Positions 27,323 to 36,344 of a stretch of DNA of 64,000 nucleotides are shown here, in pieces. Source of the DNA: an uncultured Bacillota bacterium (lineage in GTDB: Bacteria > Bacillota_I > Bacilli_A > RF39 > UBA660); assembly GCA_905205665.1 (NCBI GenBank), contig CAJLEF010000002.1:13788-77787 (forward strand), in the 5' to 3' direction. A program made the position numbers and the translations under genes. Each line of letters opens with the position of its first letter. Within the stretch, counting starts at the first letter, position 1. The notes under the pieces were generated by a model. It did no database searches. It worked only from the letters and a program-made list of their open reading frames with translations, and had not been told where the DNA came from.

Positions 27323-28261
27323 TTAACACTCTAGTACTTGGATTAAAAAAGCGTAAAAAGAAACGACTTTATCAACACGACCACTTTTAATATTTAAATC
27401 TAACTTAAAAATATCCACTAGGATGGTTTTCAAATCATCTTTATGGTAAAGACTCGCTTCTTTTCTTAGTTTATTCACTTGCCATTCTTGAAGTTTTAAC
27501 TCACTTGCCATTTCTCTAGGACTATATTTTTTTTCTTCAAATAATTTATAACAATATAAAAGACGATATTCTCTTCCTAAAAGATTTAAAAGTTGTAAAG
27601 GGTCAGTTTTAATAGTTAAAAAGTTTTCATATAAATTAATCGCGTTAAAGCTATCTTTCGATACAACAGCATCCACAAACTTAAACACATTATCAGATAA
27701 ATTCATCGGTGTAATTTTTTTTAAATCTTCTAAACTAATGATATCTTTTTCTTTATAATATAAAGATAATTTTTCAATTTCATTTAAAATGATATCATAG
27801 TTATTTAAAGAAGCTTCGATTAAATATTTTAAAGCCTCATCCTTTATTTGATATTTACTCATTTTATTTCTGACAACATTTAATAATTCGTAATTTTTAG
27901 GAGCTTTTATTTCAATGTAAGCATTTTGATTGATAAGACTTTTTGTAATGTTTTTACGACTATCAACATCCTCGTAAGTCGTAAAAATAAGAGTGGTTAA
28001 TGAATTGGGATTATTAAAATATTTGAGTAATTTTTCAGTATCTTTATCTGTTAATTTCATTGTCCCAAAAAAAGAAGCATTTTTAACTAAAACACATTTT
28101 TTATCACCAAACATCGATACAAAAGAAGCTTCTTCTAAAATATCATCTATCGTATTTTCTGGATAAGAAAGGATTGTTTTTTCTAAAATATCTTTAGAAA
28201 ACTCGGCTATTTTTTCATCCATTAAACTTTTAGAATCACTTTTTATTAAAATAACTTGCAT
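27323..28261 (-). CDS. holA: DNA polymerase III delta subunit
   Basis: The size (312 aa) and overall pattern match Firmicute HolA (YqeN). No sharp motif, so this is a moderate call. Confidence 0.6.
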   Translation of the reverse strand: MQVILIKSDSKSLMDEKIAEFSKDILEKTILSYPENTIDDILEEASFVSMFGDKKCVLVKNASFFGTMKLTDKDTEKLLKYFNNPNSLTTLIFTTYEDVDSRKNITKSLINQNAYIEIKAPKNYELLNVVRNKMSKYQIKDEALKYLIEASLNNYDIILNEIEKLSLYYKEKDIISLEDLKKITPMNLSDNVFKFVDAVVSKDSFNAINLYENFLTIKTDPLQLLNLLGREYRLLYCYKLFEEKKYSPREMASELKLQEWQVNKLRKEASLYHKDDLKTILVDIFKLDLNIKSGRVDKVVSFYAFLIQVLEC

Positions 28262-28315
28262 ATTATCACCTGTACTGCAACTTATTATAACATAAATTAA
28301 GATGAAATTTCTTTA

Positions 28316-28666
28316 TTAGTTTTTAGGTTTGAAAATAAAAGATAATATAAAAGCAAAGATAACTGCACTAGAAATAGCTGCCGAACTTTTAACGAGTAAA
28401 CCACTAAATAATCCTAAAACGCCCATTTCATGATATCCTTCGATAACACTTTGATATAACATATTGCCAAAATTTGAAATTATAATGGTCGCCCCTGCTC
28501 CACCATAAGAAATGAGTTTAGGATAAAGTCCAAAAAAAGATAAAATCGCACCTAAAACGGTATACAATGAAGTAATATGTCCTGGTGTAAGTTTCGTGTT
28601 ATCTAATATTAACTGAGCACTTAAGCAAAACAAACCAGCTACTAAAAAAGCATTAAAATAAATCAT
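28316..28666 (-). CDS. spoVAE: stage V sporulation protein AE (SpoVAEB-type)
   Basis: 116-aa polytopic membrane protein, third gene after spoVAC and spoVAD, with a 4-nt overlap. Confidence 0.8.
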   Translation of the reverse strand: MIYFNAFLVAGLFCLSAQLILDNTKLTPGHITSLYTVLGAILSFFGLYPKLISYGGAGATIIISNFGNMLYQSVIEGYHEMGVLGLFSGLLVKSSAAISSAVIFAFILSFIFKPKN

Positions 28667-29643
28667 TCTGAAACCTCCAAACTAACAGCATGAGCAATGG
28701 CTGGAATTGATATTTTTTGATTGACCAAAAAAGGATTATGTAAAGAACCTGTACCAATAAGTAAAATATGATGGTATTTATGTGATTTTAGGATTTTACC
28801 AAAAAGATACAATGGTAAAGCTACTGGTCCACTGGCTCCCGAAGCTGTCTGTTCTTGGCTTTTCAAATAAAGTTCACATCCCGCATCAAAATGTTTAGGC
28901 ATTTTTAGCGCATAAACTTGTTTTAAATATTCTTGTAATATCTTGGAACCGACACATCCTAAGTCACCCGTTAAAATTAAATCATAATAATCAATAGGCC
29001 TTTTCAATTCTTTTAAATGATCTGCTAAAACTTTAGCCGCGGCTGGAGCCATTATTGCTCCCATATTATTCGCGTCTTTCTGCCCCATATCAACGACTGT
29101 TCCTACTGTATAACTTTCCAATTTAATAGGTGTTTTATTTTTAGTTAGTAAAACCGCTACACTTCCTGTTGCTGTAAAGGTTGAAGTTTTTGGTCTTGGT
29201 GCCCCGTATTCAATTGGGTAGCGAAATTGCTTTTCAGCCGCTAAATTATGTGATGAAGTCACGCAAAGAGCATTGGCTTTAGTCTTACTTTCTATAAAAG
29301 TTGCTGCCGTAAAAAGACTTTCTATAAAAGATGCACAAGCAGAATAAACTCCTAAATAAGGAAAATCATAAAAACTTGCCGCATAACTAGAGGTACCTAT
29401 TTGATTTGATAAATCTCCGGAAACTAAAAGAGAAATATCTTTCGCAAGCAAATGATTTTTAGCTAAAAGATTATCAATCGCTACTTTTTGCATTTTTATT
29501 TCTGATTGTTCAAACGTATGAGCCTTAAAATAAAAATCTTCTAAAGTCATATCAAAATCTTTGACACTTCCCTCTTTTTCAAAAGGTCCCGCGATGGTAA
29601 AAGAATCCGCAATATAAACATTATTGATTTTTTTACTAGCCAT
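28663..29643 (-). CDS. spoVAD: stage V sporulation protein AD
   Basis: 326 aa with a thiolase-like fold pattern (GVYSACASF, GTGSL). Sits in the conserved spoVAC-AD-AE order. Confidence 0.85.
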   Translation of the reverse strand: MASKKINNVYIADSFTIAGPFEKEGSVKDFDMTLEDFYFKAHTFEQSEIKMQKVAIDNLLAKNHLLAKDISLLVSGDLSNQIGTSSYAASFYDFPYLGVYSACASFIESLFTAATFIESKTKANALCVTSSHNLAAEKQFRYPIEYGAPRPKTSTFTATGSVAVLLTKNKTPIKLESYTVGTVVDMGQKDANNMGAIMAPAAAKVLADHLKELKRPIDYYDLILTGDLGCVGSKILQEYLKQVYALKMPKHFDAGCELYLKSQEQTASGASGPVALPLYLFGKILKSHKYHHILLIGTGSLHNPFLVNQKISIPAIAHAVSLEVSE

Positions 29644-30073
29644 AAATAATCACCCCTAAAATACCTAAGAAAAAGGCACTTACCATTCCATATAATAAAA
29701 CACTGCCGGCAAGGCTAAAGAAGTTGGAACCTAAACCTGTAATCAAGCCATCTCTTCTATAATCTAAGGCAGCCGATGTAACAGAATGAGCAAAACCAGT
29801 TGTTGGTAAAAAAAGTCCGGCTTGACAAGTACTCACCCAATTATCAAAGAAGCCAAGAGATGTTAAAAAACTAGACAAAAATATCATCGTAATACAAAGC
29901 CATATAAAGGCTTCTTTCATAGGAATGCCAAAACTATTTTCTAAGACAAAAACAAATATTTGGCTAACAAGACCAAGACATCCTCCTACTACAAAAGACA
30001 CAATAGCTCTTTTTAACTTTGGTTCTTTTGGTTTTAATTCATCTACCAATTTTTGATATTCATCTTTGTTCAT
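29636..30073 (-). CDS. spoVAC: stage V sporulation protein AC
   Basis: ~145-aa four-TM protein (VVGGCLGLVSQIF...TGFAHSV). The ATG at 30073 has a GGGTGA RBS. Confidence 0.85.
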   Translation of the reverse strand: MNKDEYQKLVDELKPKEPKLKRAIVSFVVGGCLGLVSQIFVFVLENSFGIPMKEAFIWLCITMIFLSSFLTSLGFFDNWVSTCQAGLFLPTTGFAHSVTSAALDYRRDGLITGLGSNFFSLAGSVLLYGMVSAFFLGILGVIIYG

Positions 30074-30089
30074 AAAATTCACCCAACCA

Positions 30090-30118
30090 TAGTATGATAT
30101 GTTTTTTTATTTTTATGC
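30090..30118 (-). promoter_or_regulatory. forespore sigma-G/F type promoter of the spoVA operon
   Basis: On the minus strand: GCATA, a 17-nt spacer, then CATACTA. This matches the sigma-G consensus; spoVA is sigma-G dependent in B. subtilis. Confidence 0.6.
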
Positions 30119-30179
30119 TTAAAGTTTCAAGGTTTGACAGGCAATCAAATGTATGGTACTCTTTTAAAGAGGTGTAGAA

Positions 30180-30806
30180 ATGGAAGAAAGTGTAAAGTTA
30201 ACAGCTAAGCAAGAAAAAGTTTTGGATTGTATCAAAAAATACCAAGCTGAACATGGATTTCCTCCAGCAGTCAGGGAAATTTGTGAAATATTAGGATTAT
30301 CTAGTCCGGCGACAGTCCAATCGCATATTAACAATTTAAAAAAAGCAGGTGTTATTAGAAACTCCAGTAATAAATTTAGAACAATTGAACTATTAGTAGA
30401 AAATGAATATTTAAATGAACAAGAAGGAATCATTAAAGTCCCTTTACTTGGCAAAGTAACCGCTGGTAATCCAATTGAAGCTATCGAAAAACCAAATGAA
30501 TTTTTTGAACTTCCTGCTTGTCTTGTTCCTTTAAATAAAACCGTATTTACTTTAAAAGTAAGTGGCGAATCGATGATAAATAAAGGTATTCATGATGGTG
30601 ACATTGTTATTTTAGAAAAGCAAAATACCGCGAACAATGGTGATATTGTGGTAGCCATGACAGACGAAAATGAAGTTACCTTAAAAACTTTTTACAAAGA
30701 AGATGGACATATTAGACTTCAACCAGAAAATGATACCATGAGTCCATTTATCTTTAATAACGTGACTATTTTAGGAAAAGCTATTGGTTTATTTCATCAA
30801 TTTTAA
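30180..30806 (+). CDS. lexA: LexA repressor
   Basis: Winged-helix N terminus, a VTAGNP cleavage site, and the GESM...K Ser-Lys dyad. Confidence 0.9.
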   Translation: MEESVKLTAKQEKVLDCIKKYQAEHGFPPAVREICEILGLSSPATVQSHINNLKKAGVIRNSSNKFRTIELLVENEYLNEQEGIIKVPLLGKVTAGNPIEAIEKPNEFFELPACLVPLNKTVFTLKVSGESMINKGIHDGDIVILEKQNTANNGDIVVAMTDENEVTLKTFYKEDGHIRLQPENDTMSPFIFNNVTILGKAIGLFHQF

Positions 30807-30872
30807 AAAGCACTCTTAACTAAAGGGTGTTTTTTTGTATAAAAAAAGCACTTGCTTCACTAACAAATGCTT

Positions 30873-33221
30873 TTATATATTCCAATGCCAATTAATAATT
30901 TCTTCCAAATCTTTACCATATTCTTTAATATAAGCAGCATGTTTTTTTAATTGTTCATTACAATACTCTTCTAGGGCTTTCGTATCAAATTCTGGTAAAT
31001 ATTTTAAAGCTAATAAAATCAAATGATAACGGTCTAATTTATTTTGAACTCGCATATCAAAAGGTGTCGTAATAGTGCCTTCTTCAATATATCCCCGAAC
31101 ATGAATATTTTGGTTTGTTCTTTTATAAGTTAATTCATGAACAACATTAGGGTAACCATGGAAAGCAAAAACAACCGGTTTATTTTTAGTAAAAATGGCA
31201 TCAAATTCTTTATCTGTTAAACCATGTGGATGATCTTCATGACTTTCTAATTTCATCAAGTCTACCACATTTACAACACGTACTTTCAAATTAGGTAACC
31301 AACTACGTAAAATACTTGTTGCTGCCATGACTTCTAAAGTAGGCGTATCCCCGGCACAGGCTAAAACAAGGTCAGGATTATTATCTAAGTCATTACTTGC
31401 AAAACCAAAGATACCAATTCCTTTTTCGCAATGTCTAATGGCTTCTTTCATACTTAACCACTCAGGACGTGGATGTTTACTGGCAATAATTAAATTAATA
31501 TAATTTTCACTTTGTAAACAATGATCCATTACAGATATTAAAGTATTCGCATCACATGGTAAATAAATGCGAGCAATAGACGATTTTTTAGTTAAGATAT
31601 GGTTAATCATTCCAGGATCTTGATGCGTATAGCCATTATGATCTTGTTGCCAACAATGACTAGTAACTAGAAGATTTAAACTAGCAATTGGTTTACGCCA
31701 ATTAAGTTCTTTAGATACCTTTAACCATTTCGCATGTTGACTAATCATAGAATCTACAATTCGCATGAAAGATTCGTAACTATGGAAAATACCATGTCTT
31801 CCTGTTAAAAGATAACCTTCTAATAATCCTTCACAAACATGTTCAGATAGCATAGAGTCAATAATACGTCCTTCGGTACTTAATAACTCATCATCTTCAT
31901 AGATTTTACCTTCAAATTGCCTTTTCGTCACTTCAAAGACAGAATATAAACGATTCGATAAGGCTTCATCAGGTCCAAAAATCCGGAAATTAGTAGGGTT
32001 TAAAGCTACAACATCTTTTAAATAACGGCCTAAAACTTTCATATCTTCTTTTTCATCATTACCAGGATATGGAATACGGATACCATATTTTAAAATATTT
32101 GGTAATTTCAAAGGCTCTTTTAAAAGACCACCGTTGGCATTTTTATTAGCACTCATGCACCTTTCTTTAACAGGTATCATGCGATATTTATCTTTTAATC
32201 TTCCCTTTTCATCAAAAAGTTCTTCAGGATGATAACTCTTAAGCCATCTTTCAAGTTCTTCAAGACTTTCAGGATGTTCTTTAGTAACTTCAATTGGAAC
32301 TTGATGAGATCTAAAAGAGTCTTCGATTTTTTTGCCATCAATTTCCTTAGGCCCTGTAAATCCTTTAGGTGTCTTTAAAATTATCATAGGCCAAATAGGT
32401 CTTTTCGTTATGCCTTTTTCCCTAGCAGCCTCTTGGATCATTTTAATTCTTTCAACGACTTCATCCATGACAGTAGCCATTTGTTCATGAATATTTTCTT
32501 TATTTTGATAATCAACAATATAAGGTTCCCAACCACAGCCTTTAAAGAAAGATATTAATTCTTCTTCACTAATACGAGCAAAAATAGTAGGATTGGCAAT
32601 CTTATAGCCATTTAAATGTAAGATAGGTAAAACTACTCCATCGTTTTTAGCATTTAAAAGTTTATTACAATGCCAACTCGTAGCTAAAGGTCCTGTCTCT
32701 GCTTCGCCATCTCCCACGATAACGGTGGCAATTAAATCTGGATTATCTAAAACAGCCCCGAAAGCATGAACTAAGCTATAGCCAAGTTCTCCACCCTCAT
32801 TAATACTTCCTGGCACTTCTGGAGCAACATGACTAGAAGTACCACCTGGAAAACTAAAATGTTTTAAAAATTTTCTTAAACCCTCTTCGTCTTCCGTGAA
32901 TTCTTTATACACATCGGCATAAGTTCCTTCAAAATAAGAATTAGCCATCGCAGATTGCCCAGCATGACCAGGTCCTACAATCCACATCATATTTAAATTA
33001 TATTTTTCAATGACACGATTACAATGAACATAACATAAATTTTGTCCAGGAGCACTGCCCCAGTGACCTACTAATTTACTTTTTATATCATCAAATGTTA
33101 AAGGTCTTCTTAAAAGGGGATTATCCTTTAAATAAAGTGCCGCGGCAGATACATAATTTGTCGCCCTAAAATAGCCGTCTATTCTTTTTAATTCTTCTTC
33201 ACTTAACGTAACTTTTTGCAT
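30873..33221 (-). CDS. xfp: xylulose-5-phosphate/fructose-6-phosphate phosphoketolase
   Basis: 782 aa. IDGYFRATNYVSAAALYLKDNPLL and GHWGSAPGQN are signature-like XFP motifs. Confidence 0.9.
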   Translation of the reverse strand: MQKVTLSEEELKRIDGYFRATNYVSAAALYLKDNPLLRRPLTFDDIKSKLVGHWGSAPGQNLCYVHCNRVIEKYNLNMMWIVGPGHAGQSAMANSYFEGTYADVYKEFTEDEEGLRKFLKHFSFPGGTSSHVAPEVPGSINEGGELGYSLVHAFGAVLDNPDLIATVIVGDGEAETGPLATSWHCNKLLNAKNDGVVLPILHLNGYKIANPTIFARISEEELISFFKGCGWEPYIVDYQNKENIHEQMATVMDEVVERIKMIQEAAREKGITKRPIWPMIILKTPKGFTGPKEIDGKKIEDSFRSHQVPIEVTKEHPESLEELERWLKSYHPEELFDEKGRLKDKYRMIPVKERCMSANKNANGGLLKEPLKLPNILKYGIRIPYPGNDEKEDMKVLGRYLKDVVALNPTNFRIFGPDEALSNRLYSVFEVTKRQFEGKIYEDDELLSTEGRIIDSMLSEHVCEGLLEGYLLTGRHGIFHSYESFMRIVDSMISQHAKWLKVSKELNWRKPIASLNLLVTSHCWQQDHNGYTHQDPGMINHILTKKSSIARIYLPCDANTLISVMDHCLQSENYINLIIASKHPRPEWLSMKEAIRHCEKGIGIFGFASNDLDNNPDLVLACAGDTPTLEVMAATSILRSWLPNLKVRVVNVVDLMKLESHEDHPHGLTDKEFDAIFTKNKPVVFAFHGYPNVVHELTYKRTNQNIHVRGYIEEGTITTPFDMRVQNKLDRYHLILLALKYLPEFDTKALEEYCNEQLKKHAAYIKEYGKDLEEIINWHWNI

Positions 33222-33316
33222 ATGATTACCCTCTCTATTCTATAATCAGTATACAATAATTATGAAAAAAACACTAGTCCAATTTAGTGTTTTTAGTTTT
33301 TAAAAATTTTCTTTTC

Positions 33317-33703
33317 TTACTTATTTTGTTCTTTTAGTAAATCTCTAATGTCTTCTAAAAGTTTAACTTCTGCACTTTTTTTAGGAGCTTCTTTTTTAGC
33401 TTCTTCTTTCTTTTCTAAATGAGTAATCTTATTAATAAATTTAACTAATAAGAAAATACAGAAAGAAACAATCAAAAAGTCAATAACACTTTGAATAAAC
33501 ATACCATATTGGATATTTGCATCTTTAATGGTAATAGATAATCCAGAAAAATCAATACCACCTAAAATAATTCCTAAAATGGGTGATAAAATGTTATTCA
33601 CAAGAGAACTGACAATACTAGAAAAAGCACCTCCAACAATAACGCCGACAGCTAAATCTAAAACATTTCCTCTTTTGATAAACTCTTTAAATTCTTTAAT
33701 CAT
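33317..33703 (-). CDS. mscL: large-conductance mechanosensitive channel
   Basis: MIKEFKEFIKRGNVLDLAVGVIVGGAF. The ATG at 33703 has a GAGAGGAAG RBS. Confidence 0.9.
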   Translation of the reverse strand: MIKEFKEFIKRGNVLDLAVGVIVGGAFSSIVSSLVNNILSPILGIILGGIDFSGLSITIKDANIQYGMFIQSVIDFLIVSFCIFLLVKFINKITHLEKKEEAKKEAPKKSAEVKLLEDIRDLLKEQNK

Positions 33704-33753
33704 TATTACTACTTCCTCTCTTGTTAAGAATAACACATTTAGAAGGTAAAGTG

Positions 33754-33779
33754 CAAAAAAAAGTCCTTTAAAGGGACTT
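33754..33779 (-). terminator. intrinsic terminator after tRNA-Pro
   Basis: On the minus strand: AGTCCC-TTTAAA-GGACT hairpin, then T8. Confidence 0.55.
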
Positions 33780-33791
33780 TAATAAACAAAA

Positions 33792-33868
33792 TGGTCGAGA
33801 AGACAGGACTCGAACCTGCGACCCCTTGGTCCCAAACCAAGTGCACTACCAAATTGTGCTACTTCTCG
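33792..33868 (-). tRNA. tRNA-Pro (anticodon TGG)
   Basis: The reverse complement is CGAGAAGTAGCACAATTTGGTAGTGCACTTGGTTTGGGACCAAGGGGTCGCAGGTTCGAGTCCTGTCTTCTCGACCA. Confidence 0.85.
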
Positions 33869-33877
33869 ACATATAAA

Positions 33878-33954
33878 TGGTGTACCCAAAGGGAGTCGAA
33901 CCCCTAACCTTTAGATCCGTAGTCTAACGCTCTATCCAATTGAGCTATGGGTAC
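33878..33954 (-). tRNA. tRNA-Arg (anticodon ACG)
   Basis: The reverse complement is GTACCCATAGCTCAATTGGATAGAGCGTTAGACTACGGATCTAAAGG...GGTTCGACTCC...CACCA. Confidence 0.9.
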
Positions 33955-33973
33955 ATTTTTCACTTGCATATTG

Positions 33974-34002
33974 ATTATAAACGATATCAATCAAAATTAC
34001 AA
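33974..34002 (-). promoter_or_regulatory. sigma-A type promoter of the tRNA-Arg/Pro operon
   Basis: On the minus strand: TTGTAA, a 17-nt spacer, then TATAAT. Confidence 0.55.
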
Positions 34003-34012
34003 GTGATTTTTT

Positions 34013-34222
34013 CTAATTTTCTTCTTTTTGAATATGTAAAACATCTTCATTTTTGTAGAAGCCACATTTAGCGCATGCACGGTGTGGTCTTAAAGCTGCA
34101 CCACATTTAGGGCAAGTTGCAATAGTTCCAACTTCCTTTTTTAAATGTGTACGACGCATTCTTTTCTTTGTTTTACTAGTTCTTCTAAAAGGAACAGCAA
34201 ATAATTGAAGGTTTAGTTTCAT
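34013..34222 (-). CDS. rpmF: 50S ribosomal protein L32 with an 8-residue N-terminal extension
   Basis: AVPFRRTSKTKKRMRRTH plus CPKCG...CAKCG is L32. The only start with an RBS (AAAGGAGTG) gives MKLNLQLF ahead of the canonical AVP. Confidence 0.9.
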   Translation of the reverse strand: MKLNLQLFAVPFRRTSKTKKRMRRTHLKKEVGTIATCPKCGAALRPHRACAKCGFYKNEDVLHIQKEEN

Positions 34223-34226
34223 AGTT

Positions 34227-34727
34227 TCACTCCTTTTCCTTATCCAATAACTCCAATAGAGGAGCTAGCCTTGGATCGACATTTTCTCCACTCTCATTCC
34301 CATTTACTTGATAACCTTCCTCTTTAAGATTTAACTCATCAGATTCGGTATAACTAATTGGAATTTCCAGTACAATATTTTCCCATAAAATACTCAGAAT
34401 ATCAAGTGTATTTTGTGAATTTTCCAAAAATCTGCCACATATTTCACTGTCTTCTTCAATTTTTTCTTCAAAATCAAGATGAACAGGATAAGACACTGGT
34501 TTACAAGTTCTCGCGTCACTTAAAGTAAGAGTTAAATCTGCTTTTAAAACTAAATGATAATCTTGATTAGCATCCAAAAGAATATCAATAGATAAATTAA
34601 AAGGAGGAACATCTAAAATGCCGGTAGGCTCATAAAGTTCTTTATCTAAATGAACAGAAACATCCTCATGTAAAGGACGGACAAATACTTTTTGTAAATC
34701 CACATTTATCACCTTTCTTCTGTACAT
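34227..34727 (-). CDS. yceD: YceD/DUF177 family protein
   Basis: Conserved position upstream of rpmF. Acidic C terminus with VDPRLAPLLELL. Confidence 0.8.
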   Translation of the reverse strand: MYRRKVINVDLQKVFVRPLHEDVSVHLDKELYEPTGILDVPPFNLSIDILLDANQDYHLVLKADLTLTLSDARTCKPVSYPVHLDFEEKIEEDSEICGRFLENSQNTLDILSILWENIVLEIPISYTESDELNLKEEGYQVNGNESGENVDPRLAPLLELLDKEKE

Positions 34728-34796
34728 GTATTATACCTTTAAAAATAATTTTACACAAGTAGGAGTTCATGATAAACTAAAAAAAGAGGTGAAAAT

Positions 34797-35906
34797 ATGC
34801 AAATTATTGGTATTATCTGTGAATACTCCCCTTTTCATAATGGTCATATCTATCATATAGAAGAAATAAAAAAGAAATATCCTTCTTCTTTAATTATTTT
34901 ATGTTTAAATGGTTATTTTTTAGAAAGAGGTCAAATAAGTCTTTTAAGTAAGGAAGATAAAACAAAGATTGCTCTTATGAATAAGGTAGATATTGTTATG
35001 GAACTTCCCACTTTATTTGGAACACAATCAGCAGATACTTTTGCTAATATAAGTGTTTCTTTATTACATCACTTAGGTGTTAAAAAAATCATTTTTGGTA
35101 GTGAAACCGAAGATGCTTTGAAACTTCACCATTTAGCCTCATTACAATTAGAAGAAAATTTCCAACTTAAAAAAAGTCCTCTTTCTTATCCCGAACGATT
35201 AAATGAAGCTTTAAAGGAAGAAGAAAAAATCGGACCTAATGACATTTTAGCAATTTCTTATATTAAGGCTATTTTAAAAAATAATTATGATATGACCTAT
35301 GAAACTATTTTAAGAACCAATGATTTTCATGATATTAAAGCAAAAGAAAAAATTATCTCTGCTTCTAATATCCGTCATAAACTAGAAAAAAAAGAAGATG
35401 TTTCTTTCTATATGCCAAAAGAATCTTTAGAAGCCTTAAATAAAATTAATGAATCTTTGCTTTTTGAACTTCTTCGCTTTAAGATACTTACCGAAAACAA
35501 TTTAAATGCTTATTTAGACGTAACGGAAGGCTTAGATAACAAATTAAAAAAAGAAATACTAAATGTTCAAACATTAAAAGAACTTTTAGAGCATTTAAAA
35601 AGCAAACGATATACTTACAACCGATTAAATAGAATGCTTATTCATATCTTACTTGGTATTACTAAAGAAGATGTTAAAACGCCTTTAACTTATGTAAAAA
35701 TTTTAGGTTTTAACAAACGTGGTCAAGACTACTTAAAAAATAATAAGCCTTCTTTAAGGACTTCAATAGATTATAGTAGTCGTGTTTATGAAATTGAAAA
35801 AAGAGCATCTTATTTATATCAGATTTTATCTTCTAAAAATACCATGATTTTTGATAATTTAAATCAACCTATCATTGTAAAAGATAAAGAATCTAACCAA
35901 AAATAA
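34797..35906 (+). CDS. tmcAL: tRNA(Met) cytidine acetate ligase (YlbM/TmcAL family nucleotidyltransferase)
   Basis: GIICEYSPFHNGHIYHI matches the (V)EYNPFHNGH motif. Confidence 0.8.
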   Translation: MQIIGIICEYSPFHNGHIYHIEEIKKKYPSSLIILCLNGYFLERGQISLLSKEDKTKIALMNKVDIVMELPTLFGTQSADTFANISVSLLHHLGVKKIIFGSETEDALKLHHLASLQLEENFQLKKSPLSYPERLNEALKEEEKIGPNDILAISYIKAILKNNYDMTYETILRTNDFHDIKAKEKIISASNIRHKLEKKEDVSFYMPKESLEALNKINESLLFELLRFKILTENNLNAYLDVTEGLDNKLKKEILNVQTLKELLEHLKSKRYTYNRLNRMLIHILLGITKEDVKTPLTYVKILGFNKRGQDYLKNNKPSLRTSIDYSSRVYEIEKRASYLYQILSSKNTMIFDNLNQPIIVKDKESNQK

Positions 35907-36289
35907 TCTTTTTCCTTAAAATCACAAACAAAAAAGTTGTGATTTTTTTGTAGTTCTTCAAAAAATTTAGGTTTAACTACATTTGTTTCCATTTTTAAAT
36001 AAGTTTTATATAATTTTAAAATAGTATTTTCTTTTCTAAAAACATCATGTAAAGAATGAACATTTTTATATTTAGTATAAAAATAATTTTCTTTATACTT
36101 TTTAAATAAAGATATATCTAAATTTTTAATAGGAATAGGATTAATAAGTTGTCTAATAAATTGATAACTGGTTTCTAAATCTAAATTTTGATAATAAATC
36201 GTTTCTAATGTTTTAAATAACTCATAAGGATTGTCTTTTAATAAAGCTACTAACTCTGGTTTAATTTCAAAAAAATAAAATGTTCTCAT
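35864..36289 (-). CDS. SirA-like sporulation inhibitor of replication (candidate)
   Basis: ~140 aa, directly downstream of tkt, which is where sirA (yneE) sits in B. subtilis. Sequence similarity is weak and judged by eye only. Confidence 0.4.
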   Translation of the reverse strand: MRTFYFFEIKPELVALLKDNPYELFKTLETIYYQNLDLETSYQFIRQLINPIPIKNLDISLFKKYKENYFYTKYKNVHSLHDVFRKENTILKLYKTYLKMETNVVKPKFFEELQKNHNFFVCDFKEKDYFWLDSLSFTMIG

Positions 36290-36344
36290 ACTCTTTCACC
36301 CTCTTTAGAATAGCAAAAAAGTTGAAAACATTTTGTCGAATTAA

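Noticed and set aside
30119-30179. SOS (LexA) box upstream of lexA
   Set aside because: No CGAAC-N4-GTTCG-like palindrome is visible by eye, so none is annotated.
30164-30454. 96-aa minus-strand ORF antisense to lexA
   Set aside because: It sits inside the well-supported lexA coding region. It has no RBS and no family resemblance.
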